In this document: piece after piece, positions 12,005 to 24,000 of the stretch
How positions within the stretch are numbered: the stretch's first letter is position 1
How the letters are laid out: each line of letters opens with the position of its first letter
Assembly (NCBI GenBank): GCA_000708835.1
Contig: DF237321.1
Span: 1-64,000, forward strand
Length of the DNA stretch: 64,000 bases
Reading direction: 5' to 3'
Origin: Klebsormidium nitens
Taxonomy: Eukaryota > Plantae > Klebsormidiophyceae
Notes under the pieces: generated by a model
What the model saw: only the letters and a program-made list of their open reading frames with translations
Databases searched by the model: none
Told to the model about the DNA's origin: nothing
Program-made: the position numbers and the translations under genes

Positions 12005-15000
12005 ATGGCGAGCGGCAAAGGTGAGTTGTTCGACGTTAGCGATGCTCCTTGCATGTTGAACAGCTGGTCTCGAGGTGTCTTTCTCCTGCTCCGTTCGATC
12101 ATTATTTTGCAAACAGGTGTTGACTCGTTCAAGCACGCTTTCCCCGGTGTTGTGCTGTGAAGAAACTTCTGTAAGAGTACTTCTCGTTAAAGTTTTGAAG
12201 GATTTGCTGGCTTTGCGAAACACCTCATCTGAATTCCAATGATGTAGCAAGCTGTGCTTCTGTGATTGTGGTTTGTTCAAAATCATTCCAACTTTGATTC
12301 TACTGATTCCAGGAAGAGAAAGGTTCCTGTTGCTTAGCAACACTTCCTTCTGTTCTAGAACGTCCTTCCAGCATTACTTTGCTCGGTATCGTTTCCCGAT
12401 TGAGAGCTTTTTGAACGTCTTTGTTCAAAACCTATCTTAAAAGCTCTCAAAAGCTCTCCAAACTTTTGTCCGTGTGCCATGAGTCCTAGCAGGTCAATGG
12501 TACTATGTGCGAGTGGTCATAGAGTCTTATGTTTGGAGGTCGAGAGTATGTTGGTCTGAAGTCCAGCTGTTTGTTTTGGAAGAAGAGCTGAAACAGCCCC
12601 AGAACGCCTTGAAGACTTACATTGACATACCGTGTTTCAGGGAACTGTCTGAATCACAGGATTACTTTGTGACAACTCAGAAAGCTCGGCTCCACTAACA
12701 TCGTACTACTTCGTATGCTTTCTATGATAAGCATCGGAACCTTGTCTTGTTCAGATCCCACAAGTACGACGCTTCTACTCTCTTTCCAGTGACGTCTTTG
12801 GCTTCTCGAGGTGAACAAACTGCACTTTTCATGACGCCACGTCTCTGTCCCCTGGCAGGAACCCCGGGGGAGTACCCCGACTGGCAGCAGTACGCAGAAT
12901 GCCTGACAAGCGACACCCGGTGGAGCACGCATCTCTCCACCGACAAACTGGTGTACCGACCCGGTGACACCGTCCACATCCGCGCAGTGCTGCTCCACCC
13001 CATCACGGGGGCGCCGGTGTCAAAGGAGCCGTCTGCTTATGGAAAGGACGGTACCGTAAAGGTAAGGAGTTTCTCTAATGGTATCAGACCCGTATTAGGC
13101 AATGGACCTCCTCTTTTTCTGTTGGTGACCTGAGAAGCCAACTTTCCAAGATCCCGCAGAATTCCTGAGCATCAATGTTTCTGCGGTGGAGAGGAAAAGT
13201 GGCTGAACTTGACATGAAAGTGTTGGGAACCAAAGGCACCGTGACCAATTTGCATGACCCAAATGTTCGTCTGAACAAAAGAAGACGGGGCGTTGCTCGT
13301 ACGCCTCTTCCTATTTTCTACATAAATTCTTTCTAAATTTCGCTCGTTTCCTCGACAGGTCATGTCTCCCAAGGGCAGCGTAGAAGCCTCTGTCGCTACG
13401 AGTCAGCCAGAGGACAGCGTGGCTTACGCCATGTGGCGAGTCCCCGAGAGCCTGCCCGGAGGAGAATACACTCTGAAACTGGAATACTCTGAATATAACC
13501 AGATGAGATGCAGCCCCTCGGCGGAGAGGAAGATCCAGATCCGCAACTTTCGGAACCCGAAGCTGAACGTGAGGGTGGAGTTTCTGGGGAGGGGGTACGG
13601 ACCAGGAGACGAGGTTCGTGCAAAGGTGAGGGGTGTTTTGCTCTTTACCCACCAAGTGACAGATAGGTCTGAAGCGAGAAATCACTGCTATTGCATAGCA
13701 GAAGGAGGATGGTCTGCTGCCGATCTGCGAACTGCAAGTGTGTTTGATCAGAGAAGCAACGCAGGAGTGAAAATCCACGGGAAGAACGGAGTTTGAGAGC
13801 TACTTCGAGAGCGGAAGGGAAAGAATTAGCGATCTCAAAAAAATTCGAACTTGCCTGAAGATCTTCAAAATCTATCGACATTCGAATCTGTCTTCCTTGC
13901 TTTTGGCTCGTAAGATCGTAATTTTGAGGATTATCATCTTGGTTACCTCTCCTTGAAAGACAAGGGAAATCTTGCGCCTCAACCCCCCTTTCTCGTTGGG
14001 TTTTGCAAACCTGAAAGATGACATCCCAGTTGCACTGTCATACCCCGACTCCCCGTTACCAAACACCTCCACCAACTTTTTCCCGTTTCGCTTGTCCAGG
14101 TTTCGGTTACCAGAGCCGAAGGCGGCCACCCTCCCGCCGGGACACGTGTCAATCTCTCCGCTCGCGTTGATGGCTGCAGCGTTTACTCCGAAAAGGGCGG
14201 CCTCGACGATTCGGGGGTGTGCTATACCACATTCAAACTGCCCCCCAAAATGGAAAAGGGTTTGGGCTCTCTGAGCGCCATGGTACGCGACGGGGGCCAC
14301 GTGGAGAGCGGCAGCAAGACGATCCCGATCGTGTTCCAAACGGTGGATGTAAAGTTCTACCCGGAGGGAGGGCCGCTCGTCCCTGGTAGGGTTTCGAGGT
14401 ATTGTCTGTTTGATTCTTGTATTTGAAAAACAAAGGCCCGTCCCACTGACAGGTCGGCGCTGGTCGGGGATCGTTTGTGCATTTCTGTCGAGCTCAAAAA
14501 GCCTTTTGGGAACTGTTCTGCTTGAATTCAAACTCCTCTGTGTCTCCACATAGAAAATTAAACAAAGTTCCAGATCCTTCAAACAAAAGTTGCACTCAAC
14601 ATACGGTTTTGGTCGTCGCTTTTTGAAAACGCTGTCTCCTTTCCATCATGTTCCGCCTTGTTTCGTAATCATTTTAAGAGAGCTTCTGTAGCTTCATAAG
14701 AACTTGGAGTACGTTTGGACCGGATTCTACTGGCATGCATCAATTCTTTCTCTCCGTTCGCTTGTGGCTGTTCCTTCGACCCTAACTAGAGCGAAGGACT
14801 TTCCTTGGAACTTGGACTTCGTAGTTGGACTTACTAGGAATCTCCCCAACTACATGCTTTGACTTGCAACCAATTAAACGGAATGGCGCCAGAGGCCAAA
14901 GAAAAGAGCGACATAACGAATAGTCCTCGTCCCGAAGGCTTTCGCTTTGATTGGTCAACCAGACGAGAAAATCTTGCCTTTTTCTGCAGGCCTCGAGAAC

Positions 15001-18000
15001 CGCGTCTACTTCGAAGCGCGCGACCCGAAAGAGGAGCCCCTCGAGGTTGCGGGCGAGGTGTGGGCAGTTGGTGGGAATGCGCCCCTCGCCACCTTTGCGG
15101 CAGTCCACGAAGGCCGCGGCCGGTTCGTGTTCACACCGACCATCGGCACCTACTACGAGGCCCGCATCACCAAGCCAAGCGGTATCACAAAACCGATCCG
15201 TTTGCCGCACGTGGAGTATCAGGCGAATCACGGGCTGCCACGTGTCGTCCTGAGAGTGAACTCCCCTGGTGCTGACGTCGAGATGACCGACGCTGGGACG
15301 CCGCAAAACCCCGGGGATTCCGTTCCCGTTTCCGTCGGGAGTTCCGCTCCGGCGAAGCTGCGTGTCGTGCTGTACAAGCGCGAGGTGGCCCTCAACCGCC
15401 AAGACATCGACATTTCCGCCGCGAGGGGCTTCCAGCAGGTGTCTCTGTACCCCCCGGGCGCGGAATATTCCGGCGTGCTGCGGGCGACCGTCTTCGCGGA
15501 GAGCCGCGACAAGAAGTGGACGCCCGTCGCGGAGCGGCTGGTCTTTCGAGCTCCAATCAACAAGCTCCACGTGGCAGTGTCTGGGGGCCCGGCCCAGGGG
15601 GGCGGGGTGGACTGCGTCCCCGGGGGGGGTGCCAAGGTGGAGGTTACGGTAACCGACGCGATTACCGGGGAGCCGATTAACGGAGCCGTGGTGGGTTTGA
15701 GCGTGGTTGACAACATTAATCTGGAACTGGTGGAGCCGCGCAGGCGCGCGCCGCGGCTCCCGTCCATGGCGCTTCTGGAGAACGAGGTAAGCGAAATAGA
15801 AAATGGGCTAAGGTAACCATGATGATGCTGGGACAAAGAGATAGGATCGTTTGACACGGTTAAGGTAAGCGTGCTGCTGGTATGACACAACAAAGAAGGC
15901 GTCAAGGGCCGCAAGAAAATAGTCTAGGGGGTCAACATTCTGCTTGTTTTCGATATTGAGTGGGAATCGAACATTCGGAATGATGTTCCTTGCAGTTGAA
16001 TGAAGTTAAGAGGAAGGAATGATTGAATGGATAAAAAGGCTCATGGCTGGTGCGCACGGTCATAAACTTCATGCTCTCCAGAAGCTGGCGCAGTCTCCGG
16101 TTTCGTTTCGTTCGCCTGCGACTCGCTCTCCATACGAAAATCCAAGCAGAGCGACAGATCCTCAATCCAACTTGTTAAAACACGAACAGAGACTCGTTCC
16201 GACTTTTCAAAACACAAACGGCAAGCTCGTCTAACGTGGATTGCCTATCTAACGACAGGTGAATCACCTCGAGGACTCCGCGGCCTACGTCGACGGCTCA
16301 GATCTGCCCGGCGGCTCAGATCCATCGTTGGCCGTCGATCTTTTGCTTGGCACCCAAGGCTGGCGTCGCTTCCTCTACCTGAACCCCTTGGAAAAGCTGA
16401 GGGGGTCTAGTGGTTCCAGCGAAAACAAGGTAAGTTGTGTCCCCTGCAATTCCTGAACGCAGCTTACCTTTGCATCGAACTTTGAGGCACCGTAAGCTTC
16501 GAAATCGAAATTGCAGAAAGTTCTCAGATCCTCAGATACATGAAACCCTGAAACCCCGAAACCCCGAAACCTGAAACCCTGAAATTCTGAAACCCTAAAC
16601 CCTCGAAACCCTGAAACTCTGCAACCCTGCAACCCTGCAACCCTGTAACCCCGGAAGCCTGAAACTCAACCTTGAAACCTTGCAACCTTGAAACCCTGAA
16701 ACCCTGAAACCCTGAAAACCCCTATCCAGGAAAAGTTTGAGCGCGCGGCCGGCGTGCGCGCTCTTGAGTACTGGAACCCCGAATGGGAGATGGCTCGCCG
16801 TAGCGGCCGTTATGAAAGCAGCCAGATCAGATCATTGGCCAGGGGTGAGGAGTCTGCGAGAATCGACCCCACAGACGGATATTACGACGGCCTTGAGGAG
16901 TCGGATGTCTGGGAATGCGATTCGGAGGAGGACGATTTCGCGGAGCCCGACGTGGACGAGGACTGGCTGCCTGCTGACGTGGCAGCTGACGTGGCGGCTG
17001 ACGTGGGCAGTGACGAAGAGGACGCAGGAGCGCAGCCCGAGCCAGCAGGTATGGTTTCGAATTGGGGTTTGGCTTTTGGCTAACCACCGCTCGGGTTGTG
17101 GCATCGTTCGCACAAATAGTTAGATGCTTTCGTGGTTAGGGCAGGCAGGGCAGCGTCACAATAAAACCACGCGAGCAAGGGAGTCAGTTTGCGCAACACG
17201 TGTTCAGCTTGAAAGCGAGATCAAGGCTTTATCTGGGCAGGGAAATCTCATCACGCGATTGCGCGGTACCATAAGCGTCAGTTCAGGTGTGCGTGGAAGA
17301 TATTCGGAGCCCAAGGCACCCTTCGAGATTCACGGTGTCTTAAAGAGAGGGTAAGCAAAGAGAGAGTAAACGAAGTTGCTCTATCGGCATGCCCAAGAGC
17401 CATTTTTCAGTTGATGAAATTACCGATTCTTTCAAGTTTTACCCATGATGCTATTGCCTTCTATGCTCGTCCTCTTCAATGCGCTTCTCAACTCATCCAG
17501 CAATTTCCAGTTATGCTTCTTTATGATTGTCCTCCTGTTTTGTCAGAGCGAGCGATACCGAAGAGACAGAAGCAGCATCACATCGTTCCGGTACGGGTCT
17601 ACGCTCACAGGCGTCCAAAGCAACAGTAAGTGATTCATCAGACTTATCGAGCGGAACATATCGTTTGAGTCAACAGATTGCGGGTTGCGAAGTTTCAATC
17701 GGACACTGTCGCACGTTTGTCGCATGCTATAACCTGTCGGGCAGCCAAAGGACGCTGGTTGGTTCCAAAACATTGTGTGGCTCGCAGCTTTTTCGTAGGC
17801 AACTAACTCGATGAGCGATTCTTGAGGGGTCGTAATAAGCGCCTCTCCTGTGTATGCTTGTCCAAGTGAATCTCTCTCGTTACGAAGCAGTTGCTCAGTA
17901 GACTCGCATTCTCTTCGCTTTTCTGAATGGTGAACGTTCGAACGTCCTCGCTCTCTGACGGTGCGACGCAAAAGAGGATCCTTATGTTTGCTGACGTTTC

Positions 18001-21000
18001 CCTTCCAGAAGCGTGCACGAACGGTCCGACTTCACGGAGACGGTCTACTTCGCCGCGTCCTTAGTTACGGACGCGCACGGCAAAGCGTGCGCCGAGTTTG
18101 ACGTCAGCGACTCGATCACGTCATTCGCCGTCATCGCCGACGCGCACAAGGAGGTAACGCTCGACCCTGAGACCGGGGCAACCGTTACCGCGTCCCCGAC
18201 CCAGAAATGGCGCAACATGCCGGGCAGCAAGTCGGCCGCCGTGGCCGCGTTCGCGGCAGGGGCCGCGCGGACGGTCCGCACCGTCGCGCTCGGGGCTTCG
18301 GACGGCGTTTTCAAGCTCCGGTCGGTGAAGCCGTTCTCGGTCGATGCCAAGTGCCCCCTGGAGCTGACAGCGGGCGACCGGGTGCTGCTACCGGTCACTC
18401 TGGCGAACGCGTCTCTCGAGCGACTCTCGGTCACCGCGCAGGTGGGATAATTCTCGTTTTAGGTTTAGGATTTTAGGGTTTAGGGTTTTAGGGTGCTGGG
18501 GCACTCACAGTACGACTTCGAGTCGGCTTGGCTGACGCTCTGCTTCCATTACTAACATCGTTGTTGTGTTATCGAACGTTGATAATAGAACTGCATGAAT
18601 ATATATAAAAGGTCATCCTGCCGGGCAAAAACATATTGAAAAACCTTCACTTTCACTGTACAAGCGCTCCCCACTTCAACACCCAAGCCAACCCAATCCG
18701 TCCCCGCGCTTGACGTCATCATCCATACGGCGTATCATTGATAGAAGCGAGTCTTTTGCAGGTGGGTGTCCGAGGGCCTTTGTCCCTGGAGGCGAGCCCC
18801 CCCGGAGGAAACTCAACCGGGGCCAACACCGCCGGACGCAAGTCATCCGGACCGGTACCGATGGACGTCGACACGCCGGGGGCATCCGAACCGGCCAGCT
18901 CAACGGTTCTCAAACAGAGCCTCGACGCCTCTAGAAGTGCCCGGGAGATCGTTCCGGTCGTGGCCGGAGGTGCCGCTCTCGCGGCCGCTTACAAGAGCAT
19001 GACGTCAGACGAGCCGAACCCCCTGCCAAGGGGCTTTGTGACGGTAAACGCCGCCGCGTCGTTTGGAGGGGGTGTCAAGAAAGGAGGGCTGGTTCTCAGG
19101 GACGAGATCAAGAGGGGTTTCGCAGTAACGCCCAAAGGCTTCCCTCAGGAGCAGTCAGCGGGGGGGATGTTGAAGCCGGGAACGAGGAGCGGAGGAGAGT
19201 TTGCGCTGCCGGAAGATACGCAGCCCGGGAGCGTGGTGACGTCTGTAACGGTGTTCCCGTGTCCGGTAGGTTTTCCTCGTCCTGCCATGCGATTCTTACC
19301 AAGAAATTCTTTTCTCGACTCCGCTGTAGGGCATTTCTCCTGATAATTCTAATGCTTACCATCGCTTCCTTCTTCGCCTTCACACTGTCATGCGATTCTT
19401 ATTCTAAGTTCTCGTCTTCATGCAACTCTTACCATTGGTGTTTTTTCCGTCTTTCATCTGTATGCGATTCTTACAAAAATACACAACTTGCATCGGAAAT
19501 GTTGACTCCGCTCACTTGGTAATAACTAAACTTGCCGTTCCTCATCAGCTGACGTTGGCTCTGCGCTTCCTTATCCTTGAAATTCCTTTTTGATCTTATG
19601 GGAAGGGAGCGGATGCACTTTACTTGCCAATTGGGCTAGCGGTTCCGATGCTCTTGTACCCTATTGTGTATCTAAACCACTCTCCACTTTTCGCCGGCAC
19701 GTTTCTGCTTCCAAACAGTTTGAGTCTTGACAGCACCTAACGCTGCTGATTTTGTTTCGCAGCTGGCCAACTTTTCCCAGTCCCTCTCAAACCTCGTCCG
19801 CGAACCGCAGTTATGCAAGGTCAGCCGTTAAGAAATGCCAGAAAAGAAGCTAAAATCATAGAAATGTTCTCTCCAACCCAGTGGTTCTCTTTTCGCAGCT
19901 GGCCAACTTTGCCCACTCCCTATCGGCGCTCGTCCGCGAACCGTACGGCTGCTTCGAACAAGCGTCCGCGACCATATACCCCAACATCCTGGCGCAACAG
20001 TACTTCAAGACGCATACTGGCTCGTCACCCTCGCTGGTGGAAAAGTCGTATACGCTATTGGGTCAGGGCCTGAAGAAACTGCGCGGCTATGAGGTGAACG
20101 GGAGCGGAGGGTACGAGTGGTTCGGGCATGCGCCGGCGCACGAGTCTATGACCGCGTATGGCCTGATGGAGTTCGTGGACATGGCGCAGGTGGGGAGCGC
20201 TTATGGCTACTCATTTGTTTTCGAAGTACGTTGCTATCATCTGCTTTGCAACGAGAGTATTCCTTCGGAGCCTATTTTGATCAATGAGTTCCAGTCACTA
20301 AATCGAACGGCTAGCCAAGCGGAGCCAGGCTTCCCTTAGGCGAGCGGCTCGTTGATAAAGCGGTAAAGTAAGGAGTTGAACGTTGTTTAGGATCATCAGG
20401 TTCAGTAACCGCTTCCGGGCCTACTCAACAGTAACTTATCAGACTCTCTCAGAACGCTTTGCGTCAGCTTTCTTGATATGTTCCTTGAACGAAGTAGGAA
20501 GCGAAGCCTTCTGGGATCGATTGAAAAACTAAGCCAAACTTCATGCGCTTTGCACCCGTACGGAAGGTAGCCCCCTAGGTGAATCACCCGTTCCAGTTTC
20601 TGTTCACTGAGCACACTTTTACAAACTCGACCAGTATGTAAGTAACCTCAGCCGTTTTGTTTCCAGGTGTACCCGGTCCCCGAGGATATGATCCGTCGCA
20701 CGCGCGCGTGGCTCCTCAGCCGCAAGGACGACTCCGCGCGCGCGTTCCGCATCAACCCCCGCCTGCTCGAGCACTTTGGCGGGGCCCCCGCTGACGTCAC
20801 TAACGCCTACATCGTCTGGGCGCTGACGTGTGCCCAGATGACGGACGGGTTTGAACCCCAGGCGAGTTCTCAACAGATTACGTTCTTTCCACCTCTTCTG
20901 TTCTCACTTCGGAGTCCGTATCTGGCAACACCTCTCTTCGAGGTTCTGAAACAACGTTGGTTTGATCCATCCGCTTGAAGACTGTTCCTTGCTGTGCGGT

Positions 21001-24000
21001 ATTATGCGGAATAATGCAGCCTACAATCTAAAACGAGGCCGGTTTCACAAGGTCAGGCTGGCCCTTTGTCCCTTCTCTTTCTCCCGACCATTGCAGCACG
21101 TGTGTCGCCCAGAGCACAAAGGGCTTGTCGAGTCCCCTGTTCTCCACCTTTTTCCCGCTTGAAACCGACGGTCTCTCTAGGTGCCGAACTGTGGAGATTA
21201 CAGATGGGGACCGGCTCGTTGCCGCACTGAAGCATGTGGGCTCTACATCTACCGGACGCGCATCTGAGGCGTTTCTCTTTTCTCCGCAGATTGCCAACCT
21301 CTTGGAGCAAACGGCGACCAACCGGGACCCTTACTTCACCGCCCTGGTCGCCAATTCGCTGTACAATCTGGGCCGCAAGGAGGAGGCCGCCGCGCTGGCT
21401 AAAAGACTCGAGATATCCCAGGTTAGAGGCTGTCTCCAGATCACTGATTCCATGAACGTACAACCCAAGCAAGTGAATCATGTCGCAAGTACTATCCCCC
21501 GACCACCACCTTTTGCCTCCGGCACGCGAAATTTTGATGAAACTAGAATCGAGAATTTGAGGGAGGTCTCCTTTCGTCGAGGGGCCGGTTCTTATTGATT
21601 TCGAATCAGCGAGCGCGGGAACCACCTACTTCGGTATAAGGTATTCGCGAGCGGCGTATACGGCGTGACACATGTCACCAGTACAGTTGCACGGCCTGCA
21701 GGAAAACAACTTTTTTATGCATCCAGAGATGCATCCAGTTTCTTGCACAGGCGATCTGTATCTCAGAGCGGCTAAAGGGGGTCTCGGGGTTTAACATAGA
21801 GAATTTGGAAATAGCTTCTAAGATTCCAGCCCCGTTGGAGACGTTTTCAAATTCAACACCCCGCAAAAGTATCCAAGACGTTCTTCAGAATCTGCAAAAG
21901 TTTCTGCAGAAGGAGGACGGTCACGTCGCCGGCGCCAAGACGTCCATCACGAGTTCCGGCGGAGAGTCGCTGCTCATCGAGACCACCGCCCTGACCACGC
22001 TCTGCTGGCTCAACGAGTACCAGGTAGGTTATCTACAAGTTGTATTCTAGATCGATCGAGACTTTCAGGAAATCAAACTATCCGTCAAATCTCTGCTTAT
22101 GAGGTCGATGCATACGTCATTCGCATAGCGACGCCATTGTCGCAGGGTGCGGCTCCAATTATCCCTTCGTTAGCGTAGTGAGGCTTTTATCATAAGGCGG
22201 ACCGTTCCTTTAGCTCTTGCGCAAATCTGGTCAGCGGCTGGTGTTGAGAAGCTGAGCGGGGCCTAAGTTCGCACGTCATCGGCGGGAGAAGGTCCTCAAG
22301 ACAGCGGAGCTTCCAAGTAGACTGCGCATGCGGATTGTGCAGATAAGCTCAAGCAATGATGCTTCCTGGCATGGAGGCGCAGCGGTCGAGAAATATAACG
22401 GTCATGGTCGAAGTAGTCCAAGCACTGAGCTTTGCGGTTTCTTCCGTCACCAGGTCTTTGGAGGCCGCATCCGCCGCGCCGTCGATTGGATCGCCTCCCG
22501 CTGCAACGGCGGCAAGTTCGGCTCCTCCCAGGGGACCGTGCTCGCGCTGAAAGCGATCGTCGCCTATGACGTCATGATGGCGTCAGAGCGCGCTCCGGGG
22601 ACCGTTCACCTGCTCGTGGACGGGGAGCGCGTCGAGAGCAAAGCGTTTGATGGGAAGACGGAGGGGACGATAGCGTTTGGGGACATAAGCGCGCGGCTGG
22701 CGGCGGACGGGCGTAAGAGGCGGGTGGAGGTGGAGATGGAGGGTGGCGCGGATATGCCGCACGCTATGCAGGTAAGCGCATAACGTAGCGTGCTTGACAA
22801 AAATATATCGCTTGGGTGACTTGGGATTCAAGGGCACCACTAGAATTTGTTGCTGCAGGTCTGAACGCTGAAAAAGACCTTCGAGAGCGTCACGGTCGAA
22901 TGAACAATTCTGAATGTCGGCGCTGGTGCTGATTTTGAGAGAAAAAACGAGTTTCAACCGTCATATTGGACCCTTGAGGTATTTTCTTTTGCCTTCCTCG
23001 AATCTGCGAAAGATGATATCTTGTGCGCACCTGCTATCAACTGTATCCACCGAGTCAACAAGAAGACACGTCCTTTGCACCCTCTACGCCTCGAGGCTTG
23101 CTGCTTCAGTCCTTCAAAGCATGATCAGCGCAACGGTATCTGACCTCGAATCTTTTCAATGATGCAGAACTCCCGTCTTGCATCGTTCAGATATCCATAA
23201 GAAAGTATTTGGCTTGGCGTGAAACCGCGTTTGTTCGCTCTCAGGTCTCATACTACTCGGAGCGCCCCAGCTCCGCGGCCGCGTGCGCTGTAGCGCTAGC
23301 GGCCGCGCTGCAGCAGCCGATCGCCAACGAGGGCGACCTTGTGGACATTCTTCTGACTGTGGAAAACAAGAAAGAGAGCGAAGCGCTGCCAATGACTATC
23401 GCCATTTTGGGCCTCCCAGGGGGGCTCGAGCCGCGCCCTGACCAACTGAGGGAGCTCGTCACGCGGGGCGACGTCGATTTGTACGAGGTGGGTTTTAGTT
23501 TCCAACTCAATACGGATGCTAAACAATAAGCCGAGTGAACAATAAAACGACATTTCTGAGACTGGTAGGGTTAGGTTGGGGTTCGGGTGGGTGCGTGCGG
23601 GATTGCAATACTCCTGGTTTTTATTTTCCCTTAGGAAAGGGCACTAATATAATCCAGGTCGTCGAGTTTCAGGGGCTTTGGCTGGTTGTCTACTCTCTGG
23701 CAGATTCCTGAATTCGCTCTTTCACCCTGTAGTTGTACATCAAGTGCGACACTTTTTCCTTCTTGGAAGCGGTTGCTAGTCTTAATCACCTTCTTAAAGT
23801 TCCTTCATCTGGTTTTTCCCAGCAGGACGCGACGTCTGTGAACGCCCCAAACTCATCAAGGACCTAGTTGAGCTGCCAATTCCAGTTGTCATGAGTACGA
23901 ATCCACGTCTGACTGACAAACCTGACCACTCCAACAATCATTTCTGCAGCTCCGCGGCCGCGACGTCATCTTCTACTGGCGCACCCTGGCAGCCAAGCAG

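Noticed and set aside
15787-15870. Three successive donor-like sites (gag|gtaagc, aag|gtaacc, aag|gtaagc)
   Set aside because: The matches are too short to call a duplication, and the downstream sites are out of frame or beyond a stop.
13872-15914. Long minus-strand ORFs (236, 262 and 228 aa)
   Set aside because: Antisense shadows of GC3-rich macroglobulin exons.
17240-17350. Candidate extra macroglobulin exon (GKSHHAIARYHK...)
   Set aside because: It enters in phase 1 and exits in phase 0, while the flanking exons already join in phase 1.
21170-21240. Possible very old acceptor echo of macroglobulin exon 21290
   Set aside because: Similarity is too patchy to support without an alignment statistic.
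23566-23592. G-quadruplex-compatible run (GGG-N7-GGG-N3-GGG-N1-GGG) in the last macroglobulin intron
   Set aside because: A single motif is common in GC-rich genomes and there is no supporting context.
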